Assembly (NCBI GenBank): GCA_947463785.1 | Contig: CANHRG010000008.1 | Span: 2,636-66,635, forward strand | Direction: 5' to 3' | Length of the DNA stretch: 64,000 nucleotides | DNA from: Sphingobacteriaceae bacterium | GTDB taxonomy: Bacteria; Bacteroidota; Bacteroidia; Sphingobacteriales; Sphingobacteriaceae | Shown: positions 19,726 to 28,720 of the stretch, one piece after another | Position numbering within the stretch: position 1 is the first letter of the stretch | Layout: every line of letters begins with the position of its first letter | Notes under the pieces: model-generated | What the model saw: only the letters and a program-made list of their open reading frames with translations | Told to the model about the DNA's origin: nothing | Databases searched by the model: none | Program-made: the position numbers and the translations under genes

Positions 19726-20187
19726 CTAAAAGGTAAAACGGATAGACAAGCCAAGTCCATCACCCACAAATTCTGTATTCGGGCTAATCTCTAGCATGGG
19801 CTTCCAATCTAAAGCCAGATTGATGGGCGCACCGTTAAATTTATAGTCTAGTCCAATAACACCATCCAGTCCCAACAGCACTTCGTTTGTGTCAGTTGGC
19901 TTATAGTTACTAGATCCAATATCTCCACCAAATCCGTAATACCAGCGCAGGCCGTCTGCATTGTTAATGGCTTGATGGATTTCGTACAAGCCGGTAAATC
20001 TGAAATATGAATAATCTTTACGAGATTGGAAATTTAGGATGAAATCAAAAGCCCGATTCTGTTTTCCGAAGGTTTTGAAACTTATACCATTCGCGACGCC
20101 AAAACGTCCGCCGATGGCATTTTTGTACTGTGCATAAGTTGTACTTAAAACTAATGTTAGACTGAGAGCAAGGATTGTTTTTTTCAT
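19726..20187 (-). CDS. Small outer-membrane beta-barrel protein (OmpW/porin-like)
   Basis: Has a signal peptide, alternating beta-strand pattern, aromatic girdle residues and a C-terminal Phe. Confidence 0.65.
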   Translation of the reverse strand: MKKTILALSLTLVLSTTYAQYKNAIGGRFGVANGISFKTFGKQNRAFDFILNFQSRKDYSYFRFTGLYEIHQAINNADGLRWYYGFGGDIGSSNYKPTDTNEVLLGLDGVIGLDYKFNGAPINLALDWKPMLEISPNTEFVGDGLGLSIRFTF

Positions 20188-20333
20188 TTTTGGGATTTTT
20201 TTGTTAATTTTTAGTCAAAAAATTGCATATTCAATGATTCTGGAATAAAATCTGGGTAAGTTTAAGTACTGCTCGATTTTACGTGCATTATGAATATTCA
20301 CATTTGTAACAATAAACCACCTTTTCTACCCTG

Positions 20334-22115
20334 ATGACTGCTTTAAGACGTGTTCATGACTTATTACCTCACCTTTTAGAGAATTTCCCGAGAGAAGTTC
20401 TTGTAGCAGGAAAACGTAAAGGCAAGTGGATAAAGTATAGCCCCAAAGAATTTAGTCAATTGGTTGATCAAACCAGCAGGGGTTTAATTGCATCGGGTAT
20501 TCAAAAGGGAGATAAAGTGGCCATCATGTCGGCCAACCGACCTGAGTGGAATATCTGCGATTTCGCAATCATGCAAATTGGTGCTACACAGGTGCCTATG
20601 TATCCAACACTTTCTGGTAATGATATTCGTTTCATCTTAACCGATGCGAATATCAAAACTGTTTTTGTTGGCACCGAAGAGCTTGCACAAAAGTTGCAGG
20701 ATATTAAAGAAAAAGAAAAGCTCGAACTCGCTATTTTTTGTTTTGATGAAAGCCAGACCAGCACTAACTGGAGTTCAATTTTAAGCCTGGGTGCTTCCCA
20801 TTCAGATATCGATTTAAGTGCATACCGCGATCAGGTAAGCCCCGAAGATTTGGTAACCTTAATTTACACTTCAGGCACAACTGGAACACCTAAAGGAGTG
20901 ATGTTAACTCACCACAATTTGGTAAGTAACTTGATGGACACACTCCATGCATACCCTTCAGGATTGGAGCGAGTAATTAGTTTTCTCCCTTTGTCGCACA
21001 TTTTTGAGCGCATGGTTTTTTATATGAATTGCTACGCTTGTGTTAGCGTATACTATGCAGAAAGTTTAGAAACCGTAATGGCCGATATCCAAGATGTAAA
21101 ACCTTACGGATTTACAACTGTACCTCGTATGCTTGAAAAAATTTACGACCGTATTGTTGAGAAAGGATCAGCCTTAACCGGCATTAAGCGCAATTTATTC
21201 TTCTGGGCTTTAGAATTAGCAAATCGCTATGAGCTGTATGGTAAAAATGGAGCTTGGTACGAGTTTCAGCGAGCTATTGCCGATAAATTAATTTTTGTAA
21301 AATGGCGTGAGGCCCTAGGCGGAGAAGTAAGAACCCTGATGTCTGGGGGAGCTGCATTACAACCGCGTTTGGCTCGTGTTTTCTGGGCTGCCGGCATACC
21401 TGTTTTAGAAGGATATGGGCTCACCGAAACTTCTCCTGTAATCAGTTTGAATCGTTTAGATAAATATCAGGCCGAATTCGGGACGGTAGGTAAGCCTATT
21501 CCAAATGTGCAGGTGAAGATTGCGGAGGATGGAGAGATTTTGTGTAAGGGGCCCAACATTATGAAGGGTTATTACAACCGTCCGGATTTAACTGCCGAAG
21601 TGATTGATGCGGAAGGTTGGTTCCATACCGGCGATATTGGAGAGATTGTAGGAAATGGTTTCTTGAAAATCACAGATCGTAAGAAAGAGATTTTTAAAAC
21701 TGCCGGCGGTAAATACGTTGCCCCGCAAACGCTTGAAAATAAATTTAAAGAATCGCCATTAGTAGAACAGGTAATGGTTATTGGCGAGAACCGAAAATTC
21801 CCGTCGGCACTTATTGTTCCAAATTTTCCGGCACTCGAAGCTTGGTGCGAAAAGAAAGGAATTGCCTACACCAATCCGGAGCAAATGGTTCAAAACCCCG
21901 AAGTTTTGGATAAATATCAACGAGAGGTGGATCGCTACAATGCAAGTTTCGGACGTTGGGAGCAGGTTAAGAAATTTAAACTATTAACTAAGGAATGGAG
22001 TATTGATGCCGGTGAAATGACTCCGAAATTGAGCTTGAAACGTAAAGTAATTTACGAGCGTAATTTGCCTTTGATTGAACAGATTTATGCTGATCTAGAA
22101 AACGGTAAAATCTAA
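20334..22115 (+). CDS. Long-chain fatty acid-CoA ligase (AMP-dependent synthetase)
   Basis: Carries the AMP-binding motif IYTSGTTGTPKGV plus GYGLTETS and the TGDIG...DRKKEIFK core motifs. Confidence 0.9.
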   Translation: MTALRRVHDLLPHLLENFPREVLVAGKRKGKWIKYSPKEFSQLVDQTSRGLIASGIQKGDKVAIMSANRPEWNICDFAIMQIGATQVPMYPTLSGNDIRFILTDANIKTVFVGTEELAQKLQDIKEKEKLELAIFCFDESQTSTNWSSILSLGASHSDIDLSAYRDQVSPEDLVTLIYTSGTTGTPKGVMLTHHNLVSNLMDTLHAYPSGLERVISFLPLSHIFERMVFYMNCYACVSVYYAESLETVMADIQDVKPYGFTTVPRMLEKIYDRIVEKGSALTGIKRNLFFWALELANRYELYGKNGAWYEFQRAIADKLIFVKWREALGGEVRTLMSGGAALQPRLARVFWAAGIPVLEGYGLTETSPVISLNRLDKYQAEFGTVGKPIPNVQVKIAEDGEILCKGPNIMKGYYNRPDLTAEVIDAEGWFHTGDIGEIVGNGFLKITDRKKEIFKTAGGKYVAPQTLENKFKESPLVEQVMVIGENRKFPSALIVPNFPALEAWCEKKGIAYTNPEQMVQNPEVLDKYQREVDRYNASFGRWEQVKKFKLLTKEWSIDAGEMTPKLSLKRKVIYERNLPLIEQIYADLENGKI

Positions 22116-22556
22116 TCAGGTTAGATCCTGACCATCGGTTTTTGGTTCGGTTTCTTGCTTTTTTTTCTTGCCTTCCTTTTTCATCCAATGGCTAATTTTT
22201 TCTATCCAGGAGGTAATTGTGTCTAGATTGATGCTTTTTACAGCTTGTTGTGAAACAAAAGCAATAAGTGCTTTCATTACAATCCCCGATTTTTTAAAGA
22301 ATATGCTGTTGAGTAAGTAAGGGAATCCCAACTGAGCAAGCGTGGTTACCCAATCACTTGAGATTGCTTCTTTGCTGCCTTTCTCACCCGTAAACAAAGA
22401 ACTGATTTTTTTCAGCATATCAAGTGGCATCCTCACTTGTTCAACCAAATGGTTAACATCTCGTTGAATGCTCAATTCGCGTTCTTCAACCTCGGCTCTT
22501 AATCGTACAATTTCTGATCGTAAATCACCAATGCTGGTAATTTTAGGCTTATTCAT
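22116..22556 (-). CDS. Hypothetical protein with an N-terminal coiled-coil and a Lys-rich tail
   Basis: An 8-nt overlap with the upstream DUF1469-like gene supports it as coding. I recognise no domain. Confidence 0.6.
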   Translation of the reverse strand: MNKPKITSIGDLRSEIVRLRAEVEERELSIQRDVNHLVEQVRMPLDMLKKISSLFTGEKGSKEAISSDWVTTLAQLGFPYLLNSIFFKKSGIVMKALIAFVSQQAVKSINLDTITSWIEKISHWMKKEGKKKKQETEPKTDGQDLT

Positions 22557-22911
22557 CCAACTCTCCTTTCTCCGCCAAAAACTTTCGTACAGCTTGATCC
22601 ATTAAAGGTTTTTCAACCATTTTTTTCTTCAGCAACAGATAAATCAAAGCGATTAACAGGTAAATTCCAGCAACACACAAAAAGCCGCACCAGGTGCTGT
22701 TAAATCGCTCAGCCAGATAAAAAGCTAAAGCTAAACTTCCAAATAAAAAAGCCATAACCAGAAAAATGGCCATTAGTAAATTGCTTACGAGTGAGGCGTA
22801 TCCTTCTGCGGCTTTTTCTGTACTGACTAATACAGCCAATCGAATTCTGACTTGAACGTACTCTTTGATTCGTTCAAACAGACCCTCTTGCTCAGTTTGT
22901 TGGTTTTCCAT
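22549..22911 (-). CDS. Phage-holin-family / DUF1469 (YqjE-like) two-TM membrane protein
   Basis: 120 aa with two hydrophobic helices after an amphipathic N-terminus. The size and topology match the Holin-X/YqjE family as I recall it. Confidence 0.65.
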   Translation of the reverse strand: MENQQTEQEGLFERIKEYVQVRIRLAVLVSTEKAAEGYASLVSNLLMAIFLVMAFLFGSLALAFYLAERFNSTWCGFLCVAGIYLLIALIYLLLKKKMVEKPLMDQAVRKFLAEKGELDE

Positions 22912-22929
22912 ATGGTGTTTAACTCGATG

Positions 22930-23139
22930 TTAACTATTGGTCATGCCTTCTACTGTTTCATTTAAATCTTCCAAACCGCTATCGGCTAAATCTTTAATGC
23001 TATCTCCCAAATCCTTCAAGGCATTGTTTAATTTTTCTCTGGTTTCAGATCCACTTTCGGGTGCAAACAAAATACCTAAAGTGGCACCCACGGCAACACC
23101 CGCCAGCAGGGCTATTACAATTTTCGTGTTAGTGCTCAT
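22930..23139 (-). CDS. YtxH-domain protein
   Basis: 69 aa with an N-terminal TM and Gly-zipper (LLAGVAVGATLGILFAPESG), followed by a charged helical tail. Confidence 0.75.
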   Translation of the reverse strand: MSTNTKIVIALLAGVAVGATLGILFAPESGSETREKLNNALKDLGDSIKDLADSGLEDLNETVEGMTNS

Positions 23140-23221
23140 AGTGTTTCAAATTATCAATTGGTGAGTAATCGTTTATGTTTAATTACAAACCAAAATGACA
23201 GATTGTTTGCTCTTGTAGGTT

Positions 23222-24238
23222 TTAGACTTTAGGATCGGCCGATTTGTTCTGATCGTAAATTTTAAATGTTAAAATAAAATAGGATAGGAGCAATGGCCCG
23301 AATACCAAACCTAAGATACCAAAAACCGGAATGCCGATGATTACTCCAATTACGGTGATAATAGGATGCGTATCTGCTATTTTTCTTGCCAAAATCAGTC
23401 GAATAACGTTATCGATATTGATTACGATGATCAAGCCCCAAAGTAAAATCCCCCAACCAGCAGTAGTATTCCCATTTGAGAGTTGGATAAGCGCTGCGGG
23501 TATAAATACAAAAGGTGCTCCAACAATAGGCAGAAATGATAAAAACGTTGAAATAACTCCCCAAAAAATGGCGTCCTGAACTCCGAAAATGTAAAAACTT
23601 AAACTAACCAAGCTGCCCTGTACCAAAGCAATGAAGCCTTGCCCCAACACATTGGAGTAGGTGGTATTTCGTAATTCGTAAGCAAACTTAATGGCATCGT
23701 CTTGTTTAAAAGGGGCATACTTCAGTAAACCTTTTTCGAATGTTTGGTACTGGGTAAACATAAAATACAATAGGAAATACATAATCAGTATCCCTAAGAA
23801 AATATTTGCTGCACCACCAATTATTGCCGGAAATAACTCAGTAGCATACGTATTTAATCGGGCAATAATCTTCTCTAAGGCATGTGGGATATTGAACGTT
23901 GATCCCACATAGGTCTCGAAGCGCTCAATCAGTTTTTGAATATCCTCTGGTTTTTGTTGAAACTCAGAAACCTTATTGATAACCATCAAACTTAATGACA
24001 GAATAGGGAATACAATAATGATTAATGAGCTGAAAATAATGCCAATTGCTGCCAATGATTTATTCCAATTCCACTTTTGGGTCAAATGCAGGTAGATAGG
24101 TCTGAAGATGGTATACAGTACCAGTGTGCTTAACAAGGTTCCGGCGATGATACGCATTGAGTACAGTAAAAATGCACCCAAAGCGATGAGAATAATGAGG
24201 ACAACTGTGTTGTTTTGTGCGGGATTGTATTTAGGCAT
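23222..24238 (-). CDS. AI-2E family transporter (PerM-like permease)
   Basis: A 338-aa polytopic membrane protein with the AI-2E-type layout. This call comes from overall pattern, not a single motif. Confidence 0.75.
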   Translation of the reverse strand: MPKYNPAQNNTVVLIILIALGAFLLYSMRIIAGTLLSTLVLYTIFRPIYLHLTQKWNWNKSLAAIGIIFSSLIIIVFPILSLSLMVINKVSEFQQKPEDIQKLIERFETYVGSTFNIPHALEKIIARLNTYATELFPAIIGGAANIFLGILIMYFLLYFMFTQYQTFEKGLLKYAPFKQDDAIKFAYELRNTTYSNVLGQGFIALVQGSLVSLSFYIFGVQDAIFWGVISTFLSFLPIVGAPFVFIPAALIQLSNGNTTAGWGILLWGLIIVINIDNVIRLILARKIADTHPIITVIGVIIGIPVFGILGLVFGPLLLSYFILTFKIYDQNKSADPKV

Positions 24239-24287
24239 CGGAAAAATTTTCTTCTAACCATAAAGTTACATAAGGTTTCGGCATAAT

Positions 24288-24320
24288 AAAATCCTGCCCC
24301 ATCGATTAGGGCTGGATTTT
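24288..24320 (-). terminator. Probable rho-independent terminator after the OmpA-family gene
   Basis: A 10-bp stem AATCCTGCCC/GGGCTGGATT with one mismatch, flanked by A- and T-runs. Confidence 0.5.
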
Positions 24321-24333
24321 ATTAAATCAAAAA

Positions 24334-25788
24334 CTAGAAAATATTAAACTCTACCCGTCTGTTCCGCTGACGGCCTTCTTCAGTGTCATTATCCGCAATC
24401 GGTTGAGATTCGCCATAACCTCTTGCTTCTACTTTATTTTTCGATACACCTCGTTTAACCAGATAGGCTTTTACTGCATTTGCTCTGTTTACAGAGAGCG
24501 TTTGATTCGCCTTTTCTGAACCAACTGCATCGGTATGCCCGCTAATTTTAAGGCTATAATTCGGTTTGGTAATTAGTAAGGTGGCTAGTTTATTTAATGA
24601 TGGGAATGAAACTGCCTTAATGATCCATTTACCAGTTGCGAACTCAAGATTTTCGAATACATCTTGTAATATTTTTTGTTCTTCTGGAGTCAATTGAATT
24701 GGAGGCCGTGTAATGGTTTGTACTTTTTCAACTTCCGGACAACCATTATTCGCTTTTGTTCCTTTAACCAAGGGGCATTTGTCTAGATAATCGTAAACAC
24801 TATCCTGATCGGTGTCTAATGGGCAACCAGATCCACTAACAGTTATGCCTGGTGGGGTGTCGGGGCATTTATCAAACAGGTCGCCAATACCGTCATTATC
24901 CGAGTCGCATTTCAGGTCATCCACTTCTTTTTCTAGTGTGTTAACCCGTTTACGCAAGGCTATTAAGGCGGCCGAATCGTTTCTCAAAACTAAATCATCG
25001 TACATAATAGCTGCCGGATTCGCCCAGTCTAAGGTTGACTTTTTGTATTTCCCGATAGAAAATTCGAGTCCGCTATAGGCATACGAATATTTATCTTTAG
25101 ACGTGCTTTTCACCGCTGCACCGTCAACATCATCGCTATTCACAAAATACATGTTGTAGCCCAGATCGAAATTCAGGTGATCGGATATTTTAAATTTAAC
25201 GCCAACCCCCGCAGGTATTGATCGTTTATCGGTAAATTGATGTTTAGAGCCAAGGTTGCTATTGTAGATGATTTGGTCATTGGCATCAACCAAACTGTTG
25301 GAATAGGTGGTCACCGAATAGCCGGCTTTGATTAAGAAATTAATCCAGTTCTCTTTTCTTAAAAAATCAACAGTTGCTAAGTTTACTACGCCCATTAGGC
25401 TACTTAACCTGATGCGTGTTTCGAACGATTTAAATCCGTAGGCGATGCCGCCCAATTGATCTTTGTTGTTTCCCGAGAGCCGTCCACTGGTAAAACTTGC
25501 TTCTAGCCCAAAAGAATGAGCCAGCTGTTTCCGAACATTTAGTCCAAATCCGAGGTTTGCGTCCCATTTTGAAAAATCGTTAGTGCCGCCTGTATAAACT
25601 ACAGGTGACAGTGCACCGGCATGTGCACTAACCGACCAGGTGCGGTAAGGCAAACGGCCTTTGAACAAGGGAAATTTCGTCTGATTGGTTCGAGTGATGG
25701 TAGCTCCCCCGGCAGTATCTTGTGCCTGAATTTTGGAATAAGCTAGACCAAGCACAATTACTGCAATTACGAATCGATGTATTTTCAT
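24334..25788 (-). CDS. OmpA-family outer membrane protein with thrombospondin type-3 repeats
   Basis: Has a signal peptide, an N-terminal beta-barrel, TSP3 repeats (DSDNDGIGDLFDKCPDTP, DTDQDSVYDYLDKCP) and a C-terminal OmpA domain (NRRVEF). Confidence 0.9.
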   Translation of the reverse strand: MKIHRFVIAVIVLGLAYSKIQAQDTAGGATITRTNQTKFPLFKGRLPYRTWSVSAHAGALSPVVYTGGTNDFSKWDANLGFGLNVRKQLAHSFGLEASFTSGRLSGNNKDQLGGIAYGFKSFETRIRLSSLMGVVNLATVDFLRKENWINFLIKAGYSVTTYSNSLVDANDQIIYNSNLGSKHQFTDKRSIPAGVGVKFKISDHLNFDLGYNMYFVNSDDVDGAAVKSTSKDKYSYAYSGLEFSIGKYKKSTLDWANPAAIMYDDLVLRNDSAALIALRKRVNTLEKEVDDLKCDSDNDGIGDLFDKCPDTPPGITVSGSGCPLDTDQDSVYDYLDKCPLVKGTKANNGCPEVEKVQTITRPPIQLTPEEQKILQDVFENLEFATGKWIIKAVSFPSLNKLATLLITKPNYSLKISGHTDAVGSEKANQTLSVNRANAVKAYLVKRGVSKNKVEARGYGESQPIADNDTEEGRQRNRRVEFNIF

Positions 25789-25851
25789 GAGTATTAATTT
25801 GATTACAACTAATACAATACGAAAATCAGGCTATTTTAGTATTCGCTCAGC

Positions 25852-27255
25852 TTATTTGATGCTCAAAACCTTCATTTTGTTGTAAAGTGTTTTCCTGTCG
25901 ATCTTTAATAACTCTGCGGCTTTACTCTTGTTGTACTTTACTTCTTTGAGTACGTTCATGATGGTTTCGTACTCGGCCTCGTGTGCAATATTTTTCAAAT
26001 CATTTCTTGTACCCGCTTGGGCAAGATGCGCAATTCCGTTTATTGGAGCATCCGCAGAAACAGGGATAGAGATTTCCAATGGCAAGTCCTTCAAAGAAAT
26101 CTCTCCACCTTGGCTAAGCAGTGCCGCTCTTCTGACCACATTTTTTAGTTCTCGGATATTTCCAGGCCAGCGGTAGGTTTTGAAACACTGAATTACTTCA
26201 TCAGAGAACCGATCTACTTTTCTGCCCAATTCCTGGTTTGCCAGGGCTAAAAAATGATTGGCAAAAAGTATCAGATCTTCGCCACGCTCTCTCAATGCCG
26301 GTAGCTGAATCATAAATTCATTGAAACGATAGTACAAATCTTCTCTGAAATGACCTTCTGCTATGGCTTTAGGTAAATTCTCATTGGTAGCCACAATGAT
26401 CCGCACATCGAGGTCGATTTCTTTGGTGCTGCCAATTCGTTTTACTTTTCGCTCTTGCACCGTTCTCAGTAATGCCATTTGGCTTTCGTAGGATAAATTG
26501 CCAATCTCATCTAAAAACAACGTTCCTCCATTGGCTAGTTCAAAATGCCCAATTTTGGTGGTTAAAGCCCCAGTAAACGAACCTTTTTCATGCCCAAAGA
26601 ACTCGCTTATGGCCAGTTCCTTGTTCAAAGAGCCACAATCCAACGCGATAAAAGGTTTGTCTTTACGTTGACTTTTGAGATGGATGCTTTTTGCCACCGC
26701 TTCTTTTCCAGTCCCACTTTCGCCGTAGAGAATAACACTGTAATTGGTTGGCGCTACCAAATCAACCTGACGAATGAGTTCTTGTGATGCGGCACTTATT
26801 CCAACGATAAAATCGTTTGGTAATGCAGTATTCAACTTTACCGCTGGCTTTGTTTGTGCCGGACTTTCTGTGACGGGATTATGTGCCAAGGCCTCTTGGG
26901 TTGCCAAAGCTTTGGTAATGGTATTTAAAATTTCATTTGGGTATAATGGCTTGCTGATGTAATCGTAAGCACCCATTTTAATGAGTTCAACTGCCAAACG
27001 TATGTCTGAATAGGCAGTCATGATAATTACACCAGTTTCCGGATAATTGGCTTTGATCTCCTTCAATAGTTCACGGCCATCGGTATCTTTTAGCCTAAAG
27101 TCACAGAGTACAAGGTTGAATTTTCCGGAACTTAATAATTCTCTGGCTTGAGCGCCACTCATGCTGGTTTCAACTTCAAAGCCATTTCTGCTTAAAAATT
27201 TGGACAATAATGAGCCAATATTGACTTCATCATCAATGATCAAGATTCGATTCAT
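25852..27255 (-). CDS. Sigma-54-dependent response regulator (NtrC family: receiver, AAA+ and Fis-type HTH)
   Basis: Has a receiver Asp (LVLCDFRLKDTDG), Walker A GESGTGKE, a GAFTGA loop present as GSFTGA, and a C-terminal HTH (AAELLKIDRKTLYNKMK). Confidence 0.92.
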   Translation of the reverse strand: MNRILIIDDEVNIGSLLSKFLSRNGFEVETSMSGAQARELLSSGKFNLVLCDFRLKDTDGRELLKEIKANYPETGVIIMTAYSDIRLAVELIKMGAYDYISKPLYPNEILNTITKALATQEALAHNPVTESPAQTKPAVKLNTALPNDFIVGISAASQELIRQVDLVAPTNYSVILYGESGTGKEAVAKSIHLKSQRKDKPFIALDCGSLNKELAISEFFGHEKGSFTGALTTKIGHFELANGGTLFLDEIGNLSYESQMALLRTVQERKVKRIGSTKEIDLDVRIIVATNENLPKAIAEGHFREDLYYRFNEFMIQLPALRERGEDLILFANHFLALANQELGRKVDRFSDEVIQCFKTYRWPGNIRELKNVVRRAALLSQGGEISLKDLPLEISIPVSADAPINGIAHLAQAGTRNDLKNIAHEAEYETIMNVLKEVKYNKSKAAELLKIDRKTLYNKMKVLSIK

Positions 27256-27367
27256 AGTGTTGCGAATTAGGTAGAATTCGCTTATAGAACTATTCTAAAA
27301 GCTCAGCCTAGCGGCTTTTAATAAATATAAGCAATTTTAGAATTATCTTATTAGTTATAACTAACAA

Positions 27368-28150
27368 TTATTTTCCGGTAAAGTTTGCTTTGCGTTTTTC
27401 CAAGAATGCAGCAACCCCTTCTTTAAAATCTTCGGTATCAAAGCAACGGCCAAACTGATCAATCTCTACTTCGAATCCGTTTACGCCATCCACCAAAGAT
27501 GCATTTACGGCTTGAATGGCAGCGGCCAGTGCTACGGGTGCCCGGCTTAAGATTTTTTGCATTTTTTCTGCTGCAGTAGCCATCAGATCATCCTGGCTAA
27601 CCACTTGATTTACCAATCCAATTTGTAAAGCCTGTTCTGCAGCAATCATGTCAGCGGTTAATATAAGTTCTAAGGCTCTGCCTCTGCCAACCAATTGTGC
27701 CAGACGTTGCGTTCCGCCGTAACCAGGAATTAATCCTAAAGTCACCTCGGGCAAACCCAGCTTGGCATTATCGGCAGCTATGCGAATATGGCAGGCCATG
27801 GCCAACTCTAATCCGCCACCCAAAGCGAAACCATTTATGGCTGCGATAATTGGTTTTTCGCTGTTGTGGATAATATCCATCACCTTGTGGTGGCCTTCTT
27901 GGGCAAAAACTCGTCCTTCATCCAAACTCAAACCAGCAAATTCCGAAATATCTGCACCAGCTACAAAAGCTTTACTCCCGGCACCAGTAATGATGATGCC
28001 ACCCACTTCCGGATTTTGGAAAGCATCGCTCAAAGCAAAATGCAATTCGGCCAAGGTGGCTTTATTCAACGCGTTTAATTTGCTTTCGCGATTAATGGTG
28101 ATCCAAAGAACGCGGTCTTTAATTTCGAGAAGAAGATTTTCGTAGGTCAT
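27368..28150 (-). CDS. Enoyl-CoA hydratase/isomerase (crotonase family)
   Basis: Crotonase motifs are present (KLNALN, GAGSKAFVAGADISEF, INGFALGGGLELAMACH). I chose the ATG at 28150 (MTYENLL...). The longer ORF to 28258 would overlap the upstream gene. Confidence 0.88.
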   Translation of the reverse strand: MTYENLLLEIKDRVLWITINRESKLNALNKATLAELHFALSDAFQNPEVGGIIITGAGSKAFVAGADISEFAGLSLDEGRVFAQEGHHKVMDIIHNSEKPIIAAINGFALGGGLELAMACHIRIAADNAKLGLPEVTLGLIPGYGGTQRLAQLVGRGRALELILTADMIAAEQALQIGLVNQVVSQDDLMATAAEKMQKILSRAPVALAAAIQAVNASLVDGVNGFEVEIDQFGRCFDTEDFKEGVAAFLEKRKANFTGK

Positions 28151-28160
28151 GTTAGATTGG

Positions 28161-28568
28161 TTAAAAATTTCTGTTTTGCGCCACCCATGTAGTAATGTAG
28201 TCGACAATTTCAGAGGTTGAAGTGCCTGGAGCAAACAATTCACCGACGCCCATTTCACGCAAGGCTTTCATATCACTTTCCGGGATAATTCCTCCACCGG
28301 TAAGCAATACATCGGTTAATCCTTTGGCTTTCATCAGTTCAATAATTTTCGGGAAAACAGTGAGGTGTGCTCCCGAAAGAATTGATACTCCAATGGCATC
28401 CACATCCTCCTGCAAGGCAGTATTCACCACCATTTCTGGAGTTTGACGTAAGCCGGTATAAATTACTTCCATGCCGGCATCCCGTAAGGAGGTAGCAATA
28501 ATTCGGGCTCCACGATCGTGTCCGTCTAATCCAACTTTTGCTATTAAAACTCGAATCGGTCTTTTCAA
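28161..28568 (-). CDS. Stand-alone cobalamin-binding domain protein (methylmalonyl-CoA mutase small / C-terminal domain type)
   Basis: Carries the B12-binding DxHxxG motif (GLDGHDRG), then SILSGAH and GGGIIP. It is 135 aa with a TTG start. Confidence 0.88.
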   Translation of the reverse strand: MKRPIRVLIAKVGLDGHDRGARIIATSLRDAGMEVIYTGLRQTPEMVVNTALQEDVDAIGVSILSGAHLTVFPKIIELMKAKGLTDVLLTGGGIIPESDMKALREMGVGELFAPGTSTSEIVDYITTWVAQNRNF

Positions 28569-28673
28569 GGTATTATTGATTAATTAGCGAGCGTAAAAGT
28601 ACTAAGAAAAACTCAATTGCTGGATTCAGTGGCCCACCAGTAGTGCTAAACTCAAAAAGAGCGGTAATTTTAT

Positions 28674-28681
28674 TATTTTTG
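28674..28681 (+). promoter_or_regulatory. Candidate -7 promoter box (TATTTTTG) for glnS
   Basis: Exact TAnnTTTG match 39 nt upstream of the ATG at 28721. Confidence 0.4.
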
Positions 28682-28720
28682 ACCTCCTTGGGCGTAAGGC
28701 CCCAACAATTTATCAACTAT

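Noticed and set aside
22549-22911. The phage-holin-family annotation, considered as evidence for a prophage or lysis cassette.
   Set aside because: There is no endolysin, spanin, capsid, tail or integrase gene anywhere in the window. The context matches the cellular YqjE-type family instead.
24281-24294. A GG-N10-GC spacing on the minus strand upstream of the AI-2E gene, considered as a possible sigma-54 promoter for the neighbouring activator.
   Set aside because: Only the GG and GC dinucleotides match. The flanking bases do not fit TGGCAC/TTGCW, and the element partly overlaps (from 24288) the stem and flank of the OmpA-gene terminator hairpin.
28151-28258. N-terminal extensions offered by the ORF track: hydratase to 28258, glnS from 28643, DUF892 from 31126, M61 from 17850, M14 from 34015, YfcH-like to 49158.
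   Set aside because: The extensions overlap neighbouring genes or promoter boxes and add sequence that does not resemble the family. Internal ATGs give canonical N-termini or signal peptides.
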